Positions 1 to 8,541 of a DNA stretch of 52,955 nucleotides are shown here, one piece after another. A program made the position numbers and the translations under genes. The notes beneath the pieces are model-generated. The model ran no database searches. It saw only the letters and a list, made by a program, of their open reading frames with translations, and was not told where the DNA came from. Position 1 is the first letter of the stretch; each line of letters starts with the position of its first letter. The stretch comes from a virus (Duplodnaviria > Caudoviricetes): the IMG/VR virus record IMGVR_UViG_3300050166_000081, positions 1 to 52,955 of that record; one strand, 5' to 3'.

Positions 1-54
1 AATAGTACCCCTTTCAATTGAGAAATTATGTTTATTTTGGATATGAGTACCAAT

Positions 55-90
55 AAAAAACCCTTTAAATCATAGGATTTAAAGGGTTTT
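55..90 (-). terminator. Hairpin terminator outside the left att site
   Basis: AAAACCCTTTAAATC-ATAG-GATTTAAAGGGTTTT inverted repeat, downstream of the duplicated tRNA 3' end on the minus strand. Confidence 0.6.
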
Positions 91-110
91 AGTAGGGTTT
101 TTGAAAAAAC

Positions 111-127
111 CAGCGGAGAAAGAGGGA
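111..127. repeat. att core, left copy (CAGCGGAGAAAGAGGGA)
   Basis: Exact 17-bp match to 52827-52843, the 3' end of tRNA-Ser. Confidence 0.95.
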
Positions 128-207
128 AACTGTAAAGTTGATTTTATAAAAATTAAGTAATTGATTTTAAATAACTTACAAACATTAAAAAATAGGTTAA
201 TATTTAA

Positions 208-230
208 TTTTGTTCACCTTTTTGTTCACC
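208..230. repeat. Probable integrase arm-type sites (TTTTGTTCACC x2)
   Basis: Tandem 11-mers at 208-218 and 220-230; related TTTTGTACTCT/TTTTGTTCACT at 52755-52776 inside the other att end. Confidence 0.7.
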
Positions 231-254
231 GGTTACAGCTTATAATTATTTGAT

Positions 255-1220
255 TTAATCCTTTTTTAATCTCTTATTAAATTCAGATAAGTTTTTTCTG
301 TTGGCTCCTAAAATATCCTTTTTTGATTCTATTTCTATTTCATCTGGAGTTAGATTTTCAGCATTAAGATATGTTGTAGGTTCTGACTTCTTAATTGATT
401 TAATCATATCTACTTTATCAAATTTTTCACGTTGTTCAATTGCCATGTTATGAAGTAGCTTAAATCGATCCTTTTTTGGAGTATTTAACTTTATCATTTC
501 GGAATTAAGAGACTCAAGATTAGACATTATTAATAGATCTGTAATGCTTGAAAAATCACGCATATTTTTACCATTTAAAGCATGTTCAGGATTTGCTTCT
601 TTCCATTGTTTAGCAGTATACCCATACAGTGCTACATTAAGTAAATCAGCCTCATTTGCATATTCTATACCTTGTTTTTCAATAGGCAATATACTTTTTG
701 GAATAATGTGTTTTTGTACTGCGTCTGTATGTAGCACATAGTTTACTTTTGTCATTAGGCGTCTAACATCCCATTCTAGATTATAAGTATTTGACTCTAC
801 ATCTTTAAGTCTTTGATATTCTTTTACAATGTAAAGTTGAAAAACAGGACTTATCCACATTCCAAAATGAAAAGCAATATCCTTGTGCGCATAAGTTCCG
901 CCGCCTGATCCAGCTTTTGAAACAATACCTTTAGCATTAGTAGCTTCAACCCATTTTTTAGGTGTCATGTTAAAACTATTTAGTCCTGCCTCTTTTTTAA
1001 AGGTGTCGAATTCGACACCTTTAAAGTTTTTGTTGTATAAACCTTCCCACGTGCCTAGATACTCAATAGTATTTCTATTTCGCATCCAGTTTCTTATATG
1101 GTCATTACCTTCTTCATTTTTAACCATTTCAGTTAACGAAATATAATCTTCATTACCAATTTTTATAACTGATATACTATTTCCTTCAACATTTATTATT
1201 CTTTTTACCATAATATGCAT
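255..1220 (-). CDS. KilA-N domain DNA-binding protein
   Basis: YISLTEM...IRNWMRNRNTIEYLG...GGTYAHKDIAFHFGMWISP is the KilA-N/APSES signature. Confidence 0.9.
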   Translation of the reverse strand: MHIMVKRIINVEGNSISVIKIGNEDYISLTEMVKNEEGNDHIRNWMRNRNTIEYLGTWEGLYNKNFKGVEFDTFKKEAGLNSFNMTPKKWVEATNAKGIVSKAGSGGGTYAHKDIAFHFGMWISPVFQLYIVKEYQRLKDVESNTYNLEWDVRRLMTKVNYVLHTDAVQKHIIPKSILPIEKQGIEYANEADLLNVALYGYTAKQWKEANPEHALNGKNMRDFSSITDLLIMSNLESLNSEMIKLNTPKKDRFKLLHNMAIEQREKFDKVDMIKSIKKSEPTTYLNAENLTPDEIEIESKKDILGANRKNLSEFNKRLKKD

Positions 1221-1230
1221 GATTAAATTT

Positions 1231-1488
1231 TTACACTGCTAATTTCACATTCTTATCACCAATGAATACGTATGGTGTAATTCCAAAAATCCAATTAGCA
1301 TCTACATTATATACATTACAAATATTTTGAATATGTGTAACTGTAAAGTGCGCCTGATGATTTCTTATTTTATGGATAGTTTGGTATATGGTACCAATAT
1401 TTTCGCAAAAATCATTTTGGGTTTTTATTTTTTGTTGATGTTTCAAAACATCAATCAATTTCAGTATTCTTTCGTCTGGGGTTGTCAT
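1231..1488 (-). CDS. XRE/CI-like helix-turn-helix protein
   Basis: TQNDFCENIG...TIHKIRN...VDANWIFG pattern typical of phage HTH domains. Confidence 0.75.
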   Translation of the reverse strand: MTTPDERILKLIDVLKHQQKIKTQNDFCENIGTIYQTIHKIRNHQAHFTVTHIQNICNVYNVDANWIFGITPYVFIGDKNVKLAV

Positions 1489-2010
1489 TTATTCGATACA
1501 CTTTAATAATTCCTTTAATTTTTTATCTCTCTTGTCTTTAATTTCATCATCTATAAATCCATCTGAAGTGTAAAGTCTTAACTTTGATATAGGTTCTTGT
1601 AATAATCTAGTATAATTTTCATCAGAAATCGGAATTAAAATAAACTCATACCATATTGTGCTTCTTGAAGAAGAATTATATTGTGGCTGTAAAATGACTG
1701 TTTCAGAAAATTTTAAAGAAATAGGATTATCATTATTTGTTTTAAACATAATTTCATCGCCAGCTTTAATTGTTAATATTTTTGGACTAGAAATGTTTAA
1801 TTTTAAATATCTATTCTCATTTACTTTCTTCAGGTTATAACTTGTAGAAAAACCAAAACCCATTCCAGAAACAGTTAGTAATTCTTCTTTTGTTTCTAAA
1901 ATTTTATTTTTTGTGAATTCATCTACTTCGTTTGTTTTGTATTTACAATTTTGTCCGAAAGAAGAAATTGATAAAAATGTCGTGAATAATAATAGGGCAA
2001 TTTTTTTCAT
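1489..2010 (-). CDS. Exported protein with Sec signal peptide, co-transcribed with the repressor
   Basis: MKKIALLLFTTFLSISSFG-Q signal peptide with Gln+1; VDEFT motif. Confidence 0.75.
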   Translation of the reverse strand: MKKIALLLFTTFLSISSFGQNCKYKTNEVDEFTKNKILETKEELLTVSGMGFGFSTSYNLKKVNENRYLKLNISSPKILTIKAGDEIMFKTNNDNPISLKFSETVILQPQYNSSSRSTIWYEFILIPISDENYTRLLQEPISKLRLYTSDGFIDDEIKDKRDKKLKELLKCIE

Positions 2011-2030
2011 TTGATTTGGATTTTTTTGGG

Positions 2031-2741
2031 TTAAAATTTAATTTTTCTTTCAACTAGTTTTTTTACATAAAAAAGCTGAATTATATCTTCAAAGCAAATT
2101 TCATAGTCTTTGTGAAGCGGGTTAAAAGAGTGGCAAACTACGCAACCTCTTTCAATGTCCTGTTCTACTATTTGCTTACATACAATACCTTCTCGGCTTA
2201 CTATAATAAATAGGTTATTTCTATAGGGGAGTGTCTTTTGGAGGTAGTCACCGCCTTCAATTTGTTTTAGGAGTAATTTATCTCCATCGCATATTGAACG
2301 GTTTGTTCCGTCATTCATACTATCACCTTCGATCTCTATAACTTTATAGAAACCTTTTTCAAATTCTTTTGGGACCAACATTTTCTTAAGTTCTATTGGG
2401 TGGTTATCTTCAAGTCCAGCTAAATACCCTGCTTGTGCAGTTACGGGTAAGTATTCCGCCTCCATGAATTCATCAAATCCTACTTCTTTTATCTCTGATT
2501 TTAATTTTTGTTTTGAATCGTTAAGCATTTCTCCTTCCCCTGTTAGAAGCCATGTGTAATTTACTTCTGGGAAATTGTCTTTTATTTTGTTTAAAGTTTT
2601 AGGGCTTGGTTGTGATTCTTCATTATTTAATAAATTGTATAGTGTATCTGGTCTTGAATTTCCCATTTTTTTTGAAAATTCATAGGGAGTCATATTCAAT
2701 TTTGATATCACATGACTTATTCTTTTATTTATAGTTTCCAT
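2031..2741 (-). CDS. cI: CI/LexA-like phage repressor (HTH + S24 peptidase)
   Basis: N-terminal HTH ending WLLTGEGEM; AG cleavage site (TAQAGY), catalytic GDSM serine and CKQI lysine. Confidence 0.92.
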   Translation of the reverse strand: METINKRISHVISKLNMTPYEFSKKMGNSRPDTLYNLLNNEESQPSPKTLNKIKDNFPEVNYTWLLTGEGEMLNDSKQKLKSEIKEVGFDEFMEAEYLPVTAQAGYLAGLEDNHPIELKKMLVPKEFEKGFYKVIEIEGDSMNDGTNRSICDGDKLLLKQIEGGDYLQKTLPYRNNLFIIVSREGIVCKQIVEQDIERGCVVCHSFNPLHKDYEICFEDIIQLFYVKKLVERKIKF

Positions 2742-2746
2742 TTTAT

Positions 2747-2768
2747 TACATTTTCATTTGTACATTTG
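2747..2768 (+). promoter_or_regulatory. Operator/promoter box TACA-N8-TGTA with -7 element TACATTTG
   Basis: 21/22 identical to 3672-3693; adjacent to the cI start codon. Confidence 0.65.
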
Positions 2769-2798
2769 TAAAAATTTTTAATCTAAAACTATTCTATT

Positions 2799-3032
2799 AT
2801 GGCAGAAATATTAACTATTACATTGTTTGTTATTAAATACAAAAACGGCACACAAGAAATAAAAATATTTGAAAACACAGAAGCTAGTAGTTCAAATGGT
2901 AAATATAGCTTTGAAATTTTTTGTTTAAAAAACCCTGAAATAGAAAGCTATAAAATATATCTAGCACATGACCATACTCATGAACCAGAAATGGCTTTAA
3001 AAATGGCTAGACGTTATTTGTTTGACGATTAA
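2799..3032 (+). CDS. Hypothetical protein
   Basis: 77-aa ORF downstream of a TAnnTTTG promoter. Confidence 0.55.
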   Translation: MAEILTITLFVIKYKNGTQEIKIFENTEASSSNGKYSFEIFCLKNPEIESYKIYLAHDHTHEPEMALKMARRYLFDD

Positions 3033-3094
3033 ACTATCTATTTATTAAATCTATATCTATTCTTGTTATTTATTCTTTATTTAACCAATCTATT

Positions 3095-3403
3095 ATGTCT
3101 AAAAAAACTAAAACCAAAAAAGAGTTACTTTCTGAAATTGATGAGTTAAAAAAAACTAAAACTATTCTAGTCAAAAGAGACAGAGCGTTGCGAGAACGCT
3201 TTGCTTATATGATGTGGCTACAGTTTATAGATAATTTTAATTGTGATGAATCCGCAACAGTAAAAGAACTAGATAGGCTTGATAGTTGTTATCAACAAGA
3301 TCAAGAACTTAAAACTGAAAAACCAGATATAAAATTATTCTACTTGAATCGCAATTGGTTTGTAAACAAACATCTTGATGCTTTTCTTTCTCAATTTAGT
3401 TAG
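3095..3403 (+). CDS. Hypothetical protein
   Basis: 102-aa ORF with AT-rich initiation region. Confidence 0.6.
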   Translation: MSKKTKTKKELLSEIDELKKTKTILVKRDRALRERFAYMMWLQFIDNFNCDESATVKELDRLDSCYQQDQELKTEKPDIKLFYLNRNWFVNKHLDAFLSQFS

Positions 3404-3615
3404 CCAAAATCCCCTATATCATTAAAATCTTCTGGCGTTTCATTTCCTGTATGCTTTAACATCTGATACTTTTTAAGTATCAAAGCAGGAATTGATTCGC
3501 CATTTTCATATCCTTTTATCTCATCGACAGTTATATGAAATGTTTTAGCTAACCACTCCTGTGTTACTCCCAAACTTTCTCTAAAAGCTTTCGCTTCTTC
3601 TTTTCCAAAAACCAT
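3400..3615 (-). CDS. XRE-family HTH regulator
   Basis: FRESLGVTQEWLAKTFHIT..EIKGYENGESIP is a classic HTH_3 pattern. Confidence 0.85.
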   Translation of the reverse strand: MVFGKEEAKAFRESLGVTQEWLAKTFHITVDEIKGYENGESIPALILKKYQMLKHTGNETPEDFNDIGDFG

Positions 3616-3621
3616 TTTCTT

Positions 3622-3640
3622 ATTTAGAATTATTTTAAAT
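3622..3640. promoter_or_regulatory. Fur-box-like palindrome ATTTAGAATTATTTTAAAT
   Basis: Imperfect palindrome 6 bp upstream of the XRE gene; related copies at 3758, 27480, 41625 and 50111. Confidence 0.55.
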
Positions 3641-3671
3641 TACAAAAACTATTACATTTTTGTTTGTGTAA

Positions 3672-3693
3672 TACATTTTCATTTGTATATTTG
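3672..3693 (+). promoter_or_regulatory. Early rightward promoter/operator (TACA-N8-TGTA, -7 TATATTTG)
   Basis: Bacteroidota TTTG...TAnnTTTG pattern; near-duplicate of 2747-2768. Confidence 0.7.
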
Positions 3694-3865
3694 CGTAACA
3701 ATTGTACATCAATTGTAAAAATAACAAAAAATGTTCTTTGACATATTGAATACAACAATTTAGAATCACAATAAATAAGGTGGTGGGTTTAAGACAACCT
3801 TTTTGAGAAAGCCTGTAAAATAAAAACAATAAATATTGCCTGTGGGAATTACACGCCCTCGTAAA

Positions 3866-3937
3866 ACGGCTGAAACGAAAATAGTATCACAAAAAATAGC
3901 CCTTGCGGTTCAGCCGTAGCATCGAAGCACCAAGGGC
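3866..3937 (+). ncRNA. Candidate structured leader RNA (pseudoknot or alternative pairing)
   Basis: ACGGCTGAA(3866-74)/TTCAGCCGT(3909-17) interleaved with GCCCTTG(3899-905)/CAAGGGC(3931-37); GC-rich island in an AT-rich leader. Confidence 0.5.
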
Positions 3938-3965
3938 ACAAAGTATTATAAACCTTAAATTTTTA

Positions 3966-4253
3966 ATGATCATGAAAAAATCAATTTTTAAAAGAGCTTG
4001 GGTATTGTTTAAACAATATAGCATCAATTTCAGTCAGGCATTAATTAAAGCCTGGAACGATTACAAAAGAGAGCTTCTAATAAAAGCACATCAATTGATT
4101 CCATCTACAGCACAATACAAAAAGAAAAAAGAAGCTGCACATAATTTATGGAGAAGTTTTAAAGGAGTTGATTTTGAATGTCGATTAAGAAATGTGGTTG
4201 CTAATTCTGGAGCAGCAGCATATTACGGTAAAGGATTGTATAACGCAGATTAA
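3966..4253 (+). CDS. Hypothetical early protein (start at ATG 3966 or 3972, not TTG 3903)
   Basis: IFKRAW...FSQALIKAW motif of small phage proteins. Confidence 0.7.
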   Translation: MIMKKSIFKRAWVLFKQYSINFSQALIKAWNDYKRELLIKAHQLIPSTAQYKKKKEAAHNLWRSFKGVDFECRLRNVVANSGAAAYYGKGLYNAD

Positions 4254-4258
4254 ATATC

Positions 4259-4459
4259 ATGGAGGCAAAAATAAGAGTAATATCAATTAAAGGAGTTTGT
4301 GAAATTTTTAATTGTTCAAGAATGACTTTTTACAACAAATATTCACAACGGCTTACACCTGTTCCAAATGTTTCTGGTAGGATTTTATATCGAGAGGAAG
4401 AAGTGTTGGGATTGAAAGAAAAGGTTGAAAAGGATAAGGAATTTTTAATAGTGAAATAG
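4259..4459 (+). CDS. Excisionase/AlpA-like HTH protein
   Basis: ISIKGVCEIFNCSRMTFY...GRILYREEEV winged-HTH pattern. Confidence 0.75.
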   Translation: MEAKIRVISIKGVCEIFNCSRMTFYNKYSQRLTPVPNVSGRILYREEEVLGLKEKVEKDKEFLIVK

Positions 4460-4461
4460 TC

Positions 4462-4701
4462 ATGCAAAAGACGATCACAATTCCCATTAAAGAACTAAAT
4501 GTTTTGAGGAAGACATTTAACGAAGCGCTATTAATCATTAATAGCCTTGGTGGAGAACAAAGAGGGGTAGCAAGTGAGAGCCGCTCCTCTAGTTCTAAGC
4601 CTAGAGAAACTAAACGTCAAGCAATTAATAATTATAAGAATAAAATTGCTTTAGGCGAAAGGGTTAAAAAACCAGACTACTTAAAAAGTAAAAGCCACTA
4701 A
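4462..4701 (+). CDS. Hypothetical protein
   Basis: Tightly packed in the early operon. Confidence 0.6.
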   Translation: MQKTITIPIKELNVLRKTFNEALLIINSLGGEQRGVASESRSSSSKPRETKRQAINNYKNKIALGERVKKPDYLKSKSH

Positions 4702-4768
4702 CGAGCAGAAAGTGGCTTTTATCAATCAAATTTCAATCTGGGACATCGAGTTCCGCAAATCAAATATC

Positions 4769-4987
4769 ATGGCAAATTTAGTTGAAAAGTTTCATAAAAC
4801 AACAATTTCAGATCCAAAAACAAAATTACTTCTCGGTAAGTGTTTGAAAAAAGCATTTGACGAAAATATAAGCGATGCGTTAGAATCTGAAAACATATTG
4901 GCTTTAGCTTGGAAGTTCCAAGTTCCACAATTTGATGAAATGTTTCAGGATCATCAAAATCACGATTATTTACCCTTTGAATCTTAG
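4769..4987 (+). CDS. Hypothetical protein (probable start ATG 4769)
   Basis: In-operon ORF. Confidence 0.6.
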   Translation: MANLVEKFHKTTISDPKTKLLLGKCLKKAFDENISDALESENILALAWKFQVPQFDEMFQDHQNHDYLPFES

Positions 4988-4990
4988 ATC

Positions 4991-5209
4991 ATGGCAATAC
5001 TTAAAAATCAAGTCTATAAGACTCAAACAGGAAAACTACTAAAAGTAGTTGAGGTTAGAGAAAGCGGCTCCCATCATTTTATCGAAATAGACGCTAATGG
5101 TAACGAGTTACCAGAAAAAAGAAACTCTTTCGGGCATGTAGTACACAGGACTAAAATTGTCTATTCAGAAGAAACAATTCAATCTTTCAAGTTATGGAAA
5201 TCGAATTAA
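4991..5209 (+). CDS. Hypothetical protein
   Basis: In-operon ORF. Confidence 0.6.
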   Translation: MAILKNQVYKTQTGKLLKVVEVRESGSHHFIEIDANGNELPEKRNSFGHVVHRTKIVYSEETIQSFKLWKSN

Positions 5210-5388
5210 AAAATGGAAGATGGCAAACAACTGACGGACGTCAATTTAAAGAGCTAAACGCAGTTGACAAACTACTTTTTGATGTGCTTATCGGTTATCA
5301 AAAAATACTAGTTAGACACAATCTAATTACGATAGACTTAACCCCAATTCAGGAATTCTTTTTAAAAATAGGAATAGAAATAGATTAA
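5194..5388 (+). CDS. Hypothetical protein
   Basis: Overlaps the previous ORF in operon fashion. Confidence 0.55.
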   Translation: MEIELKNGRWQTTDGRQFKELNAVDKLLFDVLIGYQKILVRHNLITIDLTPIQEFFLKIGIEID

Positions 5389-5407
5389 TAATTATAAACG
5401 AGCAAAA

Positions 5408-7426
5408 ATGAAGACAATTCAAATCATCGAAATTTCCCTTTTAAACTTTAAGGGAATTAAAAGTCAAAAGATAACTTTTGACAAAAACACAGACATTCAT
5501 GGTGCCAATGGAACTGGTAAGACAAGTATAGCAGACGCTTTTACTTGGTTACTTTTCGGAAAAGACACCACGGACAGAAAAGACTTTGAAATTAAAACTT
5601 TAGATCAGAACGGAAAAGTAATTCCAATGATTGATCACGAAGTTTCAGCTTCTCTTTTAGTTGATGGCGAATCCTTAACCATCAAACGAATTCTAAAAGA
5701 AAACTGGGTTAAAAAAAGAGGAAATGAAGAAAGAGAGTTTTCTGGGAATATAACGGAGCTGTATTGGAATGATGTTCCAATGTCCGTTACAGAATTCACT
5801 AAAAAAGTAAACGATGTTCTGAATGAGCAAGTTTTCAAAATGATCACTTCTCCTAATTACTTCAACTCAATTAAATGGCAAGACCGAAGAAACCTTTTGA
5901 TTGACATTTTTGGCGAAGTATCAAATGAAGATGTTGCAAAAGGAAATACGGCTTTTCAAAAACTACTTGAAAAACTAACACAGGGTAAAAGTCTTGAAGA
6001 TTACAAAAATCAAATTTTAGCTTCAGTAAAAAAAGCAAAAGAAGATTTAAAAAATATTCCTTCTCGAATTGATGAGGTTTTCAGAGGCAAGCCCGAAGCG
6101 CAAGATTTTGAAGCTTTAGAAAAAGAACTATCTGAAAATCAAAAATTGCTGAACACATTAGATACTGAAATTTCGGATGTGAATAAAGCGTATGATTCAA
6201 AATTAGAGGCACAGAGAAGTTTAAAATTAAATGTAAACAATCTGAAAAGCGAAATCGAAATCATTGAACAGAACGCTAAAAAAGAAGCCGAAAGTAGATT
6301 GAAGCCTGATACTTCAATTCTTGACAATTTAGTTAAGCAAAAAATTGATAAAGAACAGGAACTACAATCTTTTGAAAATGCCATCAAAACGCTTCAAACT
6401 AAAAAAGAGGGTATTGTTTCTCAAATTGCATCTACAGAAAAACAAATTGAAGATAAGCGCCAGCAATGGCATGATGAAAATGCTAAGGTTTTAGAATTCA
6501 AAGATGATGATTGTACTTGTCCGACTTGTAAGCAAGCACTCCCTTCTGGTGATATTGAAGCTAAGAAATCACAAGCAATTACAAACTTCAATACTGAGAA
6601 GTTAGCGCTAATGAGAAGTATTGAATCGCAAGGTCAAAATTTAGCCTCTCAAAAGGATAATCTAACCTCTGAATTAGCAACTATTGATTATAGAATTGAA
6701 ACCGTTGAAAGTTCAATAACATCAACCAAAAACCAACTACAGGGAATTATTAATAAGATTGATATTGAAAACTCACAATCAACGACTGGCGGTTTAGAAT
6801 TGCAATCCATTGAAAGTATAGTTGAATCCCTTTTAGCTTCAAACAACAATTACCAAGAAAAACTACTTGAGTTAAATGCGGTAGAAAGTTCAATCGAAGA
6901 TATTCCAACTGTTAATACTTCTGAACTAATTGAAAAAAGAAAATCATTAGTTGCTGAAATTGACACTCTGAAATCAAAACTTCAAAGCAAAGCACAAATT
7001 GAAGCTGCTGATAAACGAATTGAAGAGCTTCAAAATGAAGAAAAAACATTGGCTCAACAAATTGCAAACGTTGAAAAAGAACAGTTTGTGATTGAAAACT
7101 TCATCAAAGCCAAAGTTGATGCTCTGGAAAATGTAGTGAATAGCAAATTTAAGTTTGTGAAGTTCAAAATGTTTGACGAGCAAATAAATGGCGGGCTGCG
7201 TGAAACTTGTGAAGTAATGGTCAACGGAGTTCCTTACTCTGATGCAAACACTGCTTCAAAAATTAACGCTGGTTTGGACATTATCAATGTGCTTTCGGAA
7301 CACTACCAAATTTCAGCACCAATATTCATTGATAACCGAGAGTCGGTAACTGAACTTATTAAATGTGAAAGTCAAATAATCAACTTGATTGTGTCTGCAT
7401 TAGATAGTCAACTTAGAGTCGCATAA
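5408..7426 (+). CDS. Rad50/SbcC-like coiled-coil ATPase
   Basis: Walker A GANGTGKT, long coiled coil with CPTC zinc hook, Walker B IFIDNRE. Confidence 0.9.
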   Translation: MKTIQIIEISLLNFKGIKSQKITFDKNTDIHGANGTGKTSIADAFTWLLFGKDTTDRKDFEIKTLDQNGKVIPMIDHEVSASLLVDGESLTIKRILKENWVKKRGNEEREFSGNITELYWNDVPMSVTEFTKKVNDVLNEQVFKMITSPNYFNSIKWQDRRNLLIDIFGEVSNEDVAKGNTAFQKLLEKLTQGKSLEDYKNQILASVKKAKEDLKNIPSRIDEVFRGKPEAQDFEALEKELSENQKLLNTLDTEISDVNKAYDSKLEAQRSLKLNVNNLKSEIEIIEQNAKKEAESRLKPDTSILDNLVKQKIDKEQELQSFENAIKTLQTKKEGIVSQIASTEKQIEDKRQQWHDENAKVLEFKDDDCTCPTCKQALPSGDIEAKKSQAITNFNTEKLALMRSIESQGQNLASQKDNLTSELATIDYRIETVESSITSTKNQLQGIINKIDIENSQSTTGGLELQSIESIVESLLASNNNYQEKLLELNAVESSIEDIPTVNTSELIEKRKSLVAEIDTLKSKLQSKAQIEAADKRIEELQNEEKTLAQQIANVEKEQFVIENFIKAKVDALENVVNSKFKFVKFKMFDEQINGGLRETCEVMVNGVPYSDANTASKINAGLDIINVLSEHYQISAPIFIDNRESVTELIKCESQIINLIVSALDSQLRVA

Positions 7427-7427
7427 A

Positions 7428-7640
7428 ATGAAAAAAGGAGATTTAGTATCAAAGAACTTTATTCTTGACGAGCAGATTAATTCAATTGCCGATTTGCTAT
7501 TAGTGCTTCAAAATGAAAAATCATTGTTTTGGAGACACAGAGTACACCCAACAGCATTTTTTTTATCATGGCCTTTGAGATTAATAACACAAACTTTAGA
7601 AGGAGGTCATTTTTGGACAATTAAAAAAAATAGTAATTAA
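7428..7640 (+). CDS. Hypothetical protein
   Basis: In-operon ORF. Confidence 0.55.
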   Translation: MKKGDLVSKNFILDEQINSIADLLLVLQNEKSLFWRHRVHPTAFFLSWPLRLITQTLEGGHFWTIKKNSN

Positions 7641-7657
7641 TCAAATTTTAAATAAAA

Positions 7658-8539
7658 ATGAGCACACAAAACACAGATGTAGCAGTAGTAAAGAAAGACA
7701 TTTCTACTCAAGTATTGGCTAAAATTGAAGCCTTTCAAAATTCGGGAGAATTAAGCATCCCAAAAGATTATAACGTAGAAAACGCTTTGAAATCAGCATA
7801 TATAATGCTTTCAGATCCAAAGAATAACATTTTAGCAAAATGTGATAAATCCTCAATAGCAGAGGCTTTATTAAAAATGGTTGTTTACGGAGTAAGCCCG
7901 ATTAAAAAGCAATGCTACTTTATTCCTTATGGCGAAAAATTAGAATGTTCTATTTCTTACGCTGGAAACATTGCTATTGCCAAAAGATACGGGAATCTAA
8001 AAAGCATCAAAGGGAATGCGATTTTTGAAGGCGATACTTTCGAATTTGAAGTTGACCATACAACTGGGAGAAGAAAAGTTATCAAACACATTCAAACCCT
8101 AGATAGTGTTGGAACAAACAAAATCAAAGGCGCTTATGCAGTTTACGAACTTAATGATGGTTCAGTAGATGTAGAGGTAATGAATATTAGCCAAATCCAA
8201 ACTTCTTGGAATCAAGGAGGCTCAAAAGGAAACTCGCCAGCGCACAAAAACTTTGCGGACCAAATGGCAATCAAAACGGTTTTAAACCGTGCTTGTAAGT
8301 TATTGATTAGCTCTTCGGACGATTCGGTTTTATACGACCCTTTAGAAGACGACAAAGTGATTGACGTAACAGATGCAAACGTTCAACACGAAATCAAAAC
8401 AAAGGCAAACAAAGAGTCTTTGAGTTTCGATAATATTGAGGAAGCCGAAGTAGTAGAAGAAATAGTTATTCCAAACGGAACTCCAGAAATGGCTTTTGAA
8501 ACGGTTGTAGAAGAAACTAAAACTACTCCAGGCTTTTAA
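7658..8539 (+). CDS. recT: RecT-family single-strand annealing protein
   Basis: KKQCYFIPYG, IKGAYA, F.DQMAIKTVLNRACK motifs; acidic C-terminus. Confidence 0.92.
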   Translation: MSTQNTDVAVVKKDISTQVLAKIEAFQNSGELSIPKDYNVENALKSAYIMLSDPKNNILAKCDKSSIAEALLKMVVYGVSPIKKQCYFIPYGEKLECSISYAGNIAIAKRYGNLKSIKGNAIFEGDTFEFEVDHTTGRRKVIKHIQTLDSVGTNKIKGAYAVYELNDGSVDVEVMNISQIQTSWNQGGSKGNSPAHKNFADQMAIKTVLNRACKLLISSSDDSVLYDPLEDDKVIDVTDANVQHEIKTKANKESLSFDNIEEAEVVEEIVIPNGTPEMAFETVVEETKTTPGF

Positions 8540-8541
8540 TT

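Noticed and set aside
3635-3829. 64-aa minus-strand ORF
   Set aside because: Covers the early promoter and operators; no protein-like features
3903-3965. TTG-started N-terminal extension of ORF 3903
   Set aside because: Overlaps the structured leader; ATG 3966/3972 has better context
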